A stretch of 64,000 nt of DNA from the NCBI GenBank assembly GCA_963785305.1, contig CAWAUV010000007.1, positions 320,001 to 384,000 on the forward strand, written 5' to 3'. Source of the DNA: an uncultured Planctomycetaceae bacterium. Its GTDB lineage: Bacteria > Planctomycetota > Planctomycetia > Pirellulales > PALSA-1355. Both the position numbers and the translations under genes were made by a program. Under the pieces are notes generated by a model. That model was not told where the DNA came from, did not search any database, and saw only the letters and a list, made by a program, of their open reading frames with translations. Positions 54,636 through 64,000 of the stretch are shown one piece after another; position 1 is the first letter of the stretch; each line of letters begins with the position of its first letter.

Positions 54636-56276
54636 TCATGCGAGGGCGGCGGTGACGATCTTTTGGGCTTCGGCCACGATCCGATTCAAATGCTCTTCGT
54701 CGCGAAAGCTTTCCGCGTAAATCTTGTAAATGTGTTCGGTGCCCGACGGCCGGGCGGCAAACCAGCCATTGGCCGCCACGACCTTGAGCCCGCCGATCGG
54801 GGCGTTGTTGCCGGGCGCCCGAGTCAGCTTGGCCGTGATCGGTTCGCCAGCCAGCTCGGTGTCGCGCACCGCCTCGGGCGAGAGCTTTTGTAGCTTGGCC
54901 TTTTGCTCGGGCGAGGCGGGGGCGTCGATCCGCGTGTAGCAGGGAGCGCCGAATTCCCGGGCGAGCTCGAGATAGTGTTGGCCGGGGTCTTTGCCGGTGG
55001 TGGCCATGATTTCGGCGGCCAGCAGGTTCATGATGATGCCGTCCTTGTCGGTGCTCCACACCGTGCCATCGTGGCGCAGGAAGCTGGCGCCGGCGCTTTC
55101 CTCGCCGCCGAAACAGCAGGAGCCATCGAACAGGCCGGGGGCAAACCATTTGAAACCCACGGGAGTTTCGCGAAGCTTGCGCCCCAAGCTCGCCACCACC
55201 CGATCGATGAGCGCGCTGCTGACCAGGGTCTTCCCGACCACCGCTTCGGGCGACCAGCGCGGGCGATGCGTGAGCAAATATCGGATCGCGACGGCTAGGT
55301 AATGGTTCGGGTTCATGAGGCCGACGCTAGGGGTGACGATGCCGTGGCGATCGGCGTCGGGATCGTTGGCAAAGGCCACCTGGAAGCGATCCTTGAGCTT
55401 CACCAGGGCCGCCATGGCCCAGGGGCTCGAGCAGTCCATGCGAATCTTGCCATCGTGATCCACGGTCATGAACGAAAACGTGGGATCGATTTTCGGGTTC
55501 ACCACCTCGATTTCGAGTCCATAGAAGTCGTTGATCGGCTCCCAATATCCCACCGAGGCGCCGCCCAGCGGATCGACGCCCAGCTTCAGCCGCGCCGCGC
55601 GAATCGCCGGCATGTCGATCACATTCGCCAAGTCCTCGACATAGGGTCGGACAAAATCTTGCGGGTGCGTGGTCGGGGCCCCGATCGCCGAGGAATACGA
55701 CACCCGCTTCACGTCGACCAGATTGCCGGTCAGCAACTCGTTCGCGCGGCGCTCGATCCAGTTCGTGACATCGGTGTCGGCCGGGCCGCCATTGGTCGGA
55801 TTGTATTTGAATCCGCCATCGGTCGGCGGATTGTGCGAGGGCGTAATCACCACCCCATCGGCCAGACCCTCGGCGCGACTGCGGTTGTAAACCAAGATCG
55901 CGCGCGAGATGACCGGCGTGGGCGTGTAGCCATCGCCGCGCTGAATGAGGGTTTCGACTTTATTGGCCGCGAGCACTTCGAGCGCGGTGCGCTCGGCCGG
56001 CCGACTGAGTCCGTGCGTGTCCTTGCCCATCAACAGCGGACCGCTGACTCCGTGGGCAGCGCGATAATCGCAAATCGCCTGCGTGATCGCGAGGATATGC
56101 GCTTCGTTAAACGTGCCTTTATCCGGTCGGCCGCGATGCCCGCTGGTGCCGAAGCTCACTCGCTCGAGCGGGTTCGACGGGTCGGGTTTGCGAGCGTGGT
56201 ATTCCTTTTCGAGCTCGCCGACATCGACGAGCATTTCGCGCTGAGCCGGTTTGCCGGCATAAGGACTAAGAGCCAT
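54636..56276 (-). CDS. pgm: phosphoglucomutase
   Basis: [26 protein letters not shown]. Confidence 0.96.
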   Translation of the reverse strand: MALSPYAGKPAQREMLVDVGELEKEYHARKPDPSNPLERVSFGTSGHRGRPDKGTFNEAHILAITQAICDYRAAHGVSGPLLMGKDTHGLSRPAERTALEVLAANKVETLIQRGDGYTPTPVISRAILVYNRSRAEGLADGVVITPSHNPPTDGGFKYNPTNGGPADTDVTNWIERRANELLTGNLVDVKRVSYSSAIGAPTTHPQDFVRPYVEDLANVIDMPAIRAARLKLGVDPLGGASVGYWEPINDFYGLEIEVVNPKIDPTFSFMTVDHDGKIRMDCSSPWAMAALVKLKDRFQVAFANDPDADRHGIVTPSVGLMNPNHYLAVAIRYLLTHRPRWSPEAVVGKTLVSSALIDRVVASLGRKLRETPVGFKWFAPGLFDGSCCFGGEESAGASFLRHDGTVWSTDKDGIIMNLLAAEIMATTGKDPGQHYLELAREFGAPCYTRIDAPASPEQKAKLQKLSPEAVRDTELAGEPITAKLTRAPGNNAPIGGLKVVAANGWFAARPSGTEHIYKIYAESFRDEEHLNRIVAEAQKIVTAALA

Positions 56277-56317
56277 GATCGTCGTCTTTCTCTTTCCGCG
56301 AATGAGGCGTCGCCGCG

Positions 56318-56935
56318 TTAGTGCTCGGCGGCGGTCGTGTCGTTCCAGCGCCGCAGCACGGGCTCGGCCAAGGAGTGTTCATAACCCAGGATGCTCACGC
56401 TTGCCGTGCCCAGCGTGAGCAACCGACCACACGATGCATCGAGCCCCAGCCAGCGCGCGGCGATCACGCGCAGGATATGAGCGCTCGAAAACACGAGCGT
56501 CGTTTGGGCAACCGAATCGCCGCTCGCGGGGCCGCCTCGCAGGCGGGCGATGAACGCATCGGCGCGGGCCCCGATCTCGGCCACCGATTCGCCGCCCGGA
56601 CAGCCATCGCGAAAGATCCGCCAGTCGGGCCACTGCCGCTGGATGTCGGACGTCGTGCGACCTTCGCATTCGCCGTAGTTCCATTCGACCAGCCGCGAGT
56701 CCAGTTCGGCCCGGGACGCGAATCCGGCCAGTTCGCAGGTCCGCCGCGCTCGCTGGAGCGGGCTCGTGAGCACTTGGTCGAAGGCGATGTTCTTTAAATA
56801 CGCACCAAGTTTTTTCGCATTTTGCTCGCCGCGCGGCGTGAGCGGGATATCGGTCAGCCCCGTATGTTGGCCCGAAAGGCTCCAGGCGGTTTCGCCGTGG
56901 CGAGCCAGATACACGATGGGAAGCGCGTCGCTCAT
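56318..56935 (-). CDS. histidine phosphatase family protein
   Basis: RHGET motif, SPLQRA, EWNYG. Confidence 0.9.
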   Translation of the reverse strand: MSDALPIVYLARHGETAWSLSGQHTGLTDIPLTPRGEQNAKKLGAYLKNIAFDQVLTSPLQRARRTCELAGFASRAELDSRLVEWNYGECEGRTTSDIQRQWPDWRIFRDGCPGGESVAEIGARADAFIARLRGGPASGDSVAQTTLVFSSAHILRVIAARWLGLDASCGRLLTLGTASVSILGYEHSLAEPVLRRWNDTTAAEH

Positions 56936-56949
56936 GCTTGGCTCCATCG

Positions 56950-57640
56950 TTAGGCGCGAGGTCCGAAGAGAAGCGATTCCACCACGCCCGCGCGGAGCGT
57001 GATGACCGTGGGCCGCATATTGAGGAAGAGGCCCGTGTCCACCACCCCCGGCACGGTCAGGATTTGCCGCTCGATTTCAAAGGGGTCGACCATGGGCGAG
57101 GTCTGACAATCGAGAATCAAATTTCCGTTGTCGGTGACGAACGGCTCGCCATTGTGGCAGCGCACTTCACTGGCAATGCCGCGTGCCCAAAGATCGCGGC
57201 TGGCCGGGCCCCGCGCGAACGGCACGATTTCCACCGGCAACTTGCCATGGGCGCCAAGCGTGGGCACGAACTTTTCCGGTCCCACGAGCACCAGAAACTT
57301 CGCGGCCGACGCGGCGACGATTCTTTCCCGCACCAGCGCTCCGCCATAGCCCTTGATGAGTTGCCCCGCCGGGTCGACTTCGTCGGCGCCATCGACCGCC
57401 AAGTCCAAGGTCGGACATTCATCGAAACTCGTCAGCGGCACGCCGACCAACCGGGCCAAATGCGCCGATGACTGCGAGGTGGGCACGCCGCGCGCCTTGA
57501 GCCCGCCCGCCACCCGGGCGCCGAGCGCGTATGAAGGCTTCGCTGGCATGTCCGCTGCCGAGCCCAAGCGTTGCCCCGTCGGCGACATGCTTCAGGGCTT
57601 CGGCGGCAATCAGATCGAGCGAAAGAGGGTCGATAGTCAT
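56950..57640 (-). CDS. rpiA: ribose-5-phosphate isomerase A; frameshift near 57520
   Basis: LGLGSG, DGADEVD, KGYGGAL, TDNGN. Confidence 0.92.
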
Positions 57641-57773
57641 GGTGGCCAAAGTCAAGGATGAATACGGTCGGTCGGACGGAGCGATTCGGGTTCATGGCGC
57701 GTCGCCCGGGGGGGCGCCGCTCCGCGAAGGCGGGCGCCGCGAGTCCGGAAAACGCTCCCCACGCTAACGCAAT

Positions 57774-58466
57774 TTAGGCTTTGGCGCCAGCCGCCGCCCG
57801 ATCGGCGAGCACCGTGGCGCGCGACTGTTCGACCCGGCCAGCCGGGATTCCGCGGTCGGCGCTCCGCAGGCCGATCAGGGCGTCGCGCTTGTCGTCGCCG
57901 GTGATGAGCCACAGGATTTGCCGGGCCGCATTCAGCGCTGGATAAGTTAGTGTCATGCGGCGCCGGCCTTGATATTCCTTGCTAATGGCCACGGTGGCGT
58001 CGCGAATGTCGAGCGTCGCGTCGCCCGGCACGAGCGACGCCGTGTGGCCATCGGGCCCAATGCCCAAATGCACGAGATCGATCACCGGCGGTTCCCCGGC
58101 GACGCGGGCCAGCGACTGGCCATAATCGCGAGCCGCCGCCACGAGATCGGGCGATTCGACCGGCATCACATGGATGTTTTCCTTGGGAATCGGGGCCGCC
58201 GAGAGCAGGCACTCCCGCAAATGGGTGAGGTTTCGCGCCGGATCGCCGTCGGGCGCCACTCGCTCGTCGACCTGCACGACATGGAACTTGCTCCAATCGA
58301 GCGGCTCCTTGGCCAGGAGGCCGAACATTTGCCAGGGGCCGCGCCCGCCGCTTACGGCAAGGATGAATTTGCCTCGCTCGGCAATGGCGTCGCGAGCGGC
58401 CTCGGCGATGAACCGAGCGCCAGCCGCGCCGGCGGCGTCGGCCGTGTCAAAGATTTCGACTTGCAT
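57774..58466 (-). CDS. pgl: 6-phosphogluconolactonase
   Basis: VSGG, DER, LGIGPDGHTASL, RMTLT. Confidence 0.92.
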   Translation of the reverse strand: MQVEIFDTADAAGAAGARFIAEAARDAIAERGKFILAVSGGRGPWQMFGLLAKEPLDWSKFHVVQVDERVAPDGDPARNLTHLRECLLSAAPIPKENIHVMPVESPDLVAAARDYGQSLARVAGEPPVIDLVHLGIGPDGHTASLVPGDATLDIRDATVAISKEYQGRRRMTLTYPALNAARQILWLITGDDKRDALIGLRSADRGIPAGRVEQSRATVLADRAAAGAKA

Positions 58467-58548
58467 GCGAACACCTGGTATTTCGACGTGGAAAACGTTC
58501 GTGCAGCTCCGCAATGACGGTCGTGCACGCGCGGCGACGTGATCGTTC

Positions 58549-59949
58549 TCATGCCGACGTCTCGGGAGTCTCCATCCGCGGCGCGTGCCAGCCGCGCGGG
58601 GGCAAGAGGTTCATGTCCACCTCGCTCGGGCCCCAGCTGCCTTGATCGTAGGTATAGAGCGTCGTGCCGCCGTCGAGCGCCGGGTCGACGATCCGCCACG
58701 ACTCCTCGACCGCGTCCTCGCGGGCAAACAGTGTCGCGTCGCCGCGGATCGCGTCGCCCAGCAGGCGCTCGTAAGCGTCCATTTCGTCGCCCTCGGGCTG
58801 ATGGCTCATGATCAGTTCCTCGGGATGTCCGATCATGTACTCGCCGGGCGCCTTGAGCATCGAGCCGATGGCGATCGACACGTCGGGGCTCAGGCGAAAA
58901 CGGACATAATTCGGCGGCGGCGGCGACTTGGAATACACGGCCGGCGGCCGGCGGAGCGTGACGAACACTTCGGTGCAAGTTAGCGGCAGGCATTTGCCGG
59001 CGCGAATAAAGATCGGCACTCCCTGCCAGCGCCAGTTGTTGATTTCGATCTTGATCGCGGCGAAGGTCTCGACCTGCGAATGGGGATCGACGCCCGGCTC
59101 CTTGCGATAATTCTTGAACTGGCCGCGCACCAAGTTCGCGGGGTCGATCGGAGCGATCGCCTTCAGCACCTTGGCCTTTTCGTCGCGCGTGGCTTCGGGA
59201 TCGCCGGCCGCGGGCGGCTCCATGGTGAGAATCGCCACGAGCTGCGCCAAGTGGTTTTGCACCACGTCGCGCACACAGCCGACTTCCTCGTAAAAAGCTC
59301 CGCGGCCCTTCACGCCGAATGCCTCGGCCATCGTGATCTGAATGCTCTCGATATAGTTGCGGTTCCAGATCGGCTCGAGAAACGAATTCGCGAAGCGGAA
59401 GAACAGCAGATTCTGCACCGGCTCCTTGCCCAAATAATGGTCGATGCGATAGATCGACTTTTCCGGAAAATTGCTCAGCAAGATCGCGTTGAGCTTCTGC
59501 GCCGATTCGAGATCGCGGCCAAAAGGCTTTTCGACCACGACCCGGGCGTTTTTCGCGCAGCCCGACTTGCCGAGCTGCTCGATCACATCGGCGAACATCA
59601 CCGGCGGAATCGCCAAGTAGTGCAACGGACGCTCGGCCGAGCCGAGCTCCTTGCGCAGCCGCTCGAAGAGCGACGGGTCGTGATAATCGCCATCGACATA
59701 TTTGAGGAGCGCGGCGAATTTATCGAACGTCTGCATGTCGACGTCCTTGACGTTCTTTTGCAGACTGTCCTTGGCGCGGTTCTTGAGATCCTCGAGCTTC
59801 CAGTCGCTCTTGGCCACGCCGATCACCGGAATATTGAGATGGCCGCGTTTGCACATCCAATAGAGCGCGGGAAATATCTTCTTATAGGCCAAGTCTCCGG
59901 TGGCCCCGAAGAACACAAGAGCATCGGATTGCGGCGTCGTGTGCATCAT
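58549..59949 (-). CDS. zwf: glucose-6-phosphate dehydrogenase
   Basis: GATGDLA, EKPFG, RIDHYLGKE, RDVVQNH. Confidence 0.97.
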   Translation of the reverse strand: MMHTTPQSDALVFFGATGDLAYKKIFPALYWMCKRGHLNIPVIGVAKSDWKLEDLKNRAKDSLQKNVKDVDMQTFDKFAALLKYVDGDYHDPSLFERLRKELGSAERPLHYLAIPPVMFADVIEQLGKSGCAKNARVVVEKPFGRDLESAQKLNAILLSNFPEKSIYRIDHYLGKEPVQNLLFFRFANSFLEPIWNRNYIESIQITMAEAFGVKGRGAFYEEVGCVRDVVQNHLAQLVAILTMEPPAAGDPEATRDEKAKVLKAIAPIDPANLVRGQFKNYRKEPGVDPHSQVETFAAIKIEINNWRWQGVPIFIRAGKCLPLTCTEVFVTLRRPPAVYSKSPPPPNYVRFRLSPDVSIAIGSMLKAPGEYMIGHPEELIMSHQPEGDEMDAYERLLGDAIRGDATLFAREDAVEESWRIVDPALDGGTTLYTYDQGSWGPSEVDMNLLPPRGWHAPRMETPETSA

Positions 59950-60076
59950 GGTGTGCGATAGGCTCCTTGGGTCAACGAACAAGGCTCATAAACAATCGCG
60001 ACGGATTCGCCGGCGCGAGCCACCCCGTCGCGGCGCACTCGAAAAAGTCGGTCCGCGGGAACGATCCCGAATCCGG

Positions 60077-61093
60077 TCACGCGCTCGGCTTTTCCTTGTG
60101 TCCGCCGAACTCGAAACGCATGGCCGAGAGCAGTTTGTCGGCGAAGCCCGCCTCGCCACGCGAGGAAAATCGTTCGTAAAGCGCCGTGGTAAGCACCGGC
60201 GCCGGCACGGCTTCATCGATGGCGGCCTTGATCGTCCAGCGGCCTTCGCCCGAATCGGAAACTCGGCCGGCGAAGTTCGCCAACCCAGGATCCTTGACCA
60301 GCGCGGCGGCGCTCAGGTCCAAGAGCCAAGAAGCCACCACGCTGCCGCGGCGCCAAACTTCGGCCACATCGGCCACGTTGATATCGTATTGATAGAGATC
60401 CGGATCGCGGAGCGGCGTGGTTTCGGCGTCGTCTTCTTGCTTGGTCTTGCCGACATTGGCGTGGGCCAAGATCGAGAGCCCCTCGGCATAGGCGGCCATC
60501 AGGCCATATTCGATGCCGTTGTGAACCATTTTCACGAAGTGACCCGCGCCGTTGGGACCGCAGTGCAGGTAACCATGTTCCGCGGTGCCGCCCATTTTCT
60601 CGCGGCCGGGCGTCGGCGGAGCGGCGTCGCGTGGCGGGGCCAAGGCGGCGAAGATCGGGTCGAGATGTTTCACCACGTCTTTTTCGCCGCCGATCATTTC
60701 GCAGTATCCGCGCTCGAGTCCCCACACACCGCCGCTGGTGCCGACATCGACATAGTGGATGCCCTTGGGCTTCAGTTCCTTGGCCCGGCGAATGTCGTCG
60801 ACGTAGTACGAATTGCCGCCGTCGATCAGAATGTCGCCTTTTTCCAGATGCGGCAGCAGGGCTTCGATCGTTTTGTCGACCACGGCGGCGGGCACCATGA
60901 TCCAAAGCGCGCGCGGCTTTTCGAGTTTCTCGACCAACTCCTTGAGCGACCCGGCGCCGGTGGCGCCCTCTTTCGTCATGGCGGCGACAGCGGCCGGCGC
61001 CATGTCGAACACCACGCATTTATGCCCGGCCTTCATCAGCCGGCGCACCATGTTGGCGCCCATTCGGCCTAGTCCGATCATTGCCAATTGCAT
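60077..61093 (-). CDS. gnd: 6-phosphogluconate dehydrogenase (short decarboxylating type)
   Basis: [32 protein letters not shown]. Confidence 0.95.
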   Translation of the reverse strand: MQLAMIGLGRMGANMVRRLMKAGHKCVVFDMAPAAVAAMTKEGATGAGSLKELVEKLEKPRALWIMVPAAVVDKTIEALLPHLEKGDILIDGGNSYYVDDIRRAKELKPKGIHYVDVGTSGGVWGLERGYCEMIGGEKDVVKHLDPIFAALAPPRDAAPPTPGREKMGGTAEHGYLHCGPNGAGHFVKMVHNGIEYGLMAAYAEGLSILAHANVGKTKQEDDAETTPLRDPDLYQYDINVADVAEVWRRGSVVASWLLDLSAAALVKDPGLANFAGRVSDSGEGRWTIKAAIDEAVPAPVLTTALYERFSSRGEAGFADKLLSAMRFEFGGHKEKPSA

Positions 61094-61344
61094 AGGAGGT
61101 TCGCCTTTCCCGAGCGAAGAAGATTCCAATCCAGAACAACGCCCGCCGATGGCCGACGCGTTGGGCTTCCGATGGCCACCCAAGAGCAAAGCTTATGCCA
61201 TTGGCGCCGCGCTCGAAAGGGGATGGTGGCGATTCATCACAAGATATTCATCTTCGATCGCCCGAGAGGGTCGGTGTCTGGGATCGCCCGACGGGTCGGC
61301 GTCGGGGCAATGCGATCGAAGCATCGCTCGTGATATTAGAATTA

Positions 61345-62379
61345 TTAATCATCGCCCTTCGCGGCCACGGCGAGCGCTCCATGCACGACCACCAATTCGC
61401 CCAATTCCGAGCGAGCCACGCGGCAAACGCCGCGCAGCGGTGGGAACACATAGCGATCGATCTCGCGCCGCAGCGGATCGAGCAGCAAACTTTCCTCGGC
61501 CAGCGCTACCCCGCCGCCGACGACCGCCACGCCCGGCGCCAGCAACGTGATCGCTTGGGCGATGGCCCACCCCAATGCTTGCGCCGCGCGCAGTAATACA
61601 TCGCGGGCCAACTCATTGCCTTCGCTCGCGGCCTGGGCCACGATCTTCGTCGTGAGCTGTTCGACCTGTCCGTCGCACCGCTCGAGCAGATCGGCCGCAT
61701 ATTCCTCGGCGGCTTCTTCGGCCTCGATCAGCCGCTGGCGCACTTGCTCCGGGCGCTGGGCGTCGCCGGCGCGATTGAACAGCAAGAACTGGCGGCCGGC
61801 CGGCTCGATCAATCGCGCTTGCGCCGCCGCCGCGATGCCCCAGCCACTGGCGAGCGACTCGACGGTTTGGTCGGGCTCGACGGCGTTGAGGCCCGGTCGC
61901 AAATGACCGATCTCGGCCACGGCCGAGCCGGCGCCGTGGTGCAGGTTGCCGTCGATCACGAGCCCGCCGCCAATGCCGCTGCCCACCGTGACATAGAGCA
62001 CCACGCGCTCATGGCGCCCGGCGCCGAATCGCGCCTCGGCCAGACACGCGGCGTCGCAGTCGTTGATGATTCGGGCCGGGAGGCCGAGCCGCCGCCGGCA
62101 CCAGTCGCCGAGGGAGAAATCGTCCCAACCCTCGACCTGATGGCTCTTGATCGTGTGTCCGCCAGCGGCGTCGACCGGTCCGCCAAAGCCGATGCCGATG
62201 GCGCGAACCTGATGCCGATGGATCAGCAACTGCGCGGCCGGCTCGATCTGTTCGAGAATTCCGAGGGCGCCCAACTCGGGCCGGATTTCGAAACGCTCCA
62301 AGGCGCGCAAGGGTCCGCCATCGCCGGCGCCGACCCCCAATTGCAATTTCGTGCCGCCGATCTCGATGCCTAAAAACAT
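61345..62379 (-). CDS. ROK family sugar kinase
   Basis: GIEIGGTK, ND, GSGIGGG, EIGH. Confidence 0.9.
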   Translation of the reverse strand: MFLGIEIGGTKLQLGVGAGDGGPLRALERFEIRPELGALGILEQIEPAAQLLIHRHQVRAIGIGFGGPVDAAGGHTIKSHQVEGWDDFSLGDWCRRRLGLPARIINDCDAACLAEARFGAGRHERVVLYVTVGSGIGGGLVIDGNLHHGAGSAVAEIGHLRPGLNAVEPDQTVESLASGWGIAAAAQARLIEPAGRQFLLFNRAGDAQRPEQVRQRLIEAEEAAEEYAADLLERCDGQVEQLTTKIVAQAASEGNELARDVLLRAAQALGWAIAQAITLLAPGVAVVGGGVALAEESLLLDPLRREIDRYVFPPLRGVCRVARSELGELVVVHGALAVAAKGDD

Positions 62380-62456
62380 GCGCTTGCTCGAGCCACGGTT
62401 GCGTGTGGGACTGAATTTCGCGTCTTCGGCCTTATCGGCTCCGGCCGCTTCCATCG

Positions 62457-63077
62457 CTAGCCTTGGTGGACCACCGCATGGCGGCCCTCGTGATTAATTC
62501 GGGCATAAACGTCGTTGAGCACCCAATGAAACAGGCAGAGATGAATGCTCTCGACCATGCCCATGTCGTCGAGCGCCACATGGCAACCATGTTGGGCGAT
62601 CTGACGCAGCTTGCCGCCCGAGTAGCCGGTCAGACCGAAGGTGCGGAGGCCGTGGCGGTTGGCCCAATCGACGGCGGCGAGCACATTGGGGCTATTGCCC
62701 GAACCGCTGATCGCCACGAGCAGGTCGCCCTTGCGGCCATAGTTCATGAGCTGCTGAACGAAGATCTGGTCGTAGCCCACATCGTTGCCCACGGCCAGGA
62801 GCCAGCCCACGTTGTCGGTGAGACTGAGCACTTTGAGGCGTCTCTTGGATTCGTCGCGCAGGTCCTCGGGTCGGAGCGAGCTTTTGCCGAGGTCTTCGGC
62901 CATGTGCGAGGCCGTGGTGGCCGAGCCGCCATTGCCGACGATGTAGATGAATCGGTCGTCGCGCCAGGCTTCGTGGATCCAGTCGGCCCAGCGGCGCACA
63001 TCTTCCTCGGCCACGTCGGCCAGTTCCTTGCGCAATCGCTCGATATAAGGACCGATATGTAACGCGGCGCCGAGCAT
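62457..63077 (-). CDS. SIS-domain phosphosugar isomerase (GmhA-like)
   Basis: GNGGSA, GND, ISGSGNSPNV. Confidence 0.88.
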   Translation of the reverse strand: MLGAALHIGPYIERLRKELADVAEEDVRRWADWIHEAWRDDRFIYIVGNGGSATTASHMAEDLGKSSLRPEDLRDESKRRLKVLSLTDNVGWLLAVGNDVGYDQIFVQQLMNYGRKGDLLVAISGSGNSPNVLAAVDWANRHGLRTFGLTGYSGGKLRQIAQHGCHVALDDMGMVESIHLCLFHWVLNDVYARINHEGRHAVVHQG

Positions 63078-63226
63078 GGCGGCTAGTTCTCCCTGGCAAA
63101 AAAACTCTGGCGCGGCGGATTTCGCGAACTCTCGGGCAATCGACTCGCCGGCCAATAGCATTGTAAAGCGCGATCTTGGCGTTGCACAACCGAAAGGCAT
63201 GTCGCGGCCGGTGGCGATACCGTACA

Positions 63227-63279
63227 CTAGCAGCCTCGCGCGGCGGCGCGGCCAGTTGAATATTTCAGCAGGCTGCTAG
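63227..63279. repeat. 53-bp internally deleted copy of the 35284 MITE
   Basis: CTAGCAGCCT...GTTGAATATTTCAGCAGGCTGCTAG matches the right end at ~36868-36908. Confidence 0.6.
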
Positions 63280-63385
63280 CGGCGCCGAAGTCGAAATCCG
63301 CGGCATCGCGGTATTGGCAAATGCCGGAAAGCGCGGCGCCGACGGCCCATTTTTCCTTCACCCGCGACGGACGACCAACTCGAGC

Positions 63386-64000
63386 ATGAGCGACTGGGGC
63401 GCCACCGGCGAGACGGTTCCAGCAGCGCCTTCGCGCCGGGCGCCTATTGGTCGCTCGGGCTGCTGATCTCGATCAACCTGCTGAATTATGTCGATCGCTT
63501 CGTGCTCGCCGCCGTGGCGCCGCGAATCAAAGACGATCTCTTTGCCGCCGGCAACCCAGAGGCCGCTTACTGGCTCGCCTGGGATCCCGACGTTCGCGCC
63601 TGGATGGGCCTCTTGCCCGCGGCGTTTCTCGTGTCCTACATGATCGCGAGCCCGTTGTTCGGCTGGCTGGGAGATCGGATCAATCGCTGGGTGCTGATCG
63701 CCTGCGGCGTGTTGGCTTGGAGTTTGGCGTCGGGCGCGTCGGGCCTCGCGACCTCGTTTGGCATGCTGCTCGCCTCGCGGCTCATGGTGGGCATTGGCGA
63801 GGCAGCCTACGCGCCGGTGGCGCCGACCCTGATCGCCGACCAGTTTCCGGTGGATCATCGCAGCCGAATGCTTTCCTATTTCTATATCGCAATTCCGGTC
63901 GGCAGCGCGCTGGGATATGCCTTTGGTGGCGTGGTCGCGTCGCACTGGACATGGCACTGGGCGTTTTTCTTGTCGGTTCCACCTGGAATCGCGCTGGCGC
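63386..64000 (+). CDS. MFS transporter (Spinster-like), runs off the window; start probably frameshifted
   Basis: INLLNYVDR, GWLGDR, R--VGIGEAAY, translated by hand; not in the ORF track. Confidence 0.85.

Overview
GC-rich bacterial chromosome segment. Gene content (PEP-CTERM protein, topoisomerase VI A/B, HemD-HemE fusion, DUF1573, multiheme cytochrome, characteristic palindromic repeats) points to Planctomycetota; this is inference. More than 20 apparent frameshifts hit conserved housekeeping genes, so most split ORFs are probably long-read indel errors. The backbone carries hemG, top6BA, parA, hemDE, aroE, an NtrC-type two-component pair, queCD, bioA and a gnd-zwf-pgl-rpiA-pgm-pgi operon. 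Accessory DNA includes an ISAs1 element next to a vsr-C5 methyltransferase-putative endonuclease module, an IS701-like element nested in a MITE, two MITEs flanking the PEP-CTERM gene, and an MBOAT + DltX-like peptide + SGNH module. The highlight is a ~7.3-kb type II-C CRISPR-Cas9 cassette (37 repeats, cas2, cas1, cas9, tracrRNA) bounded by a 116-bp direct duplication of the aroE 3' end, with no integrase inside. It also has a second anti-repeat-like or foreign-repeat element in front of the array, an in-frame TGA in the Cas9 bridge helix, and a spacer present twice with a one-base difference.
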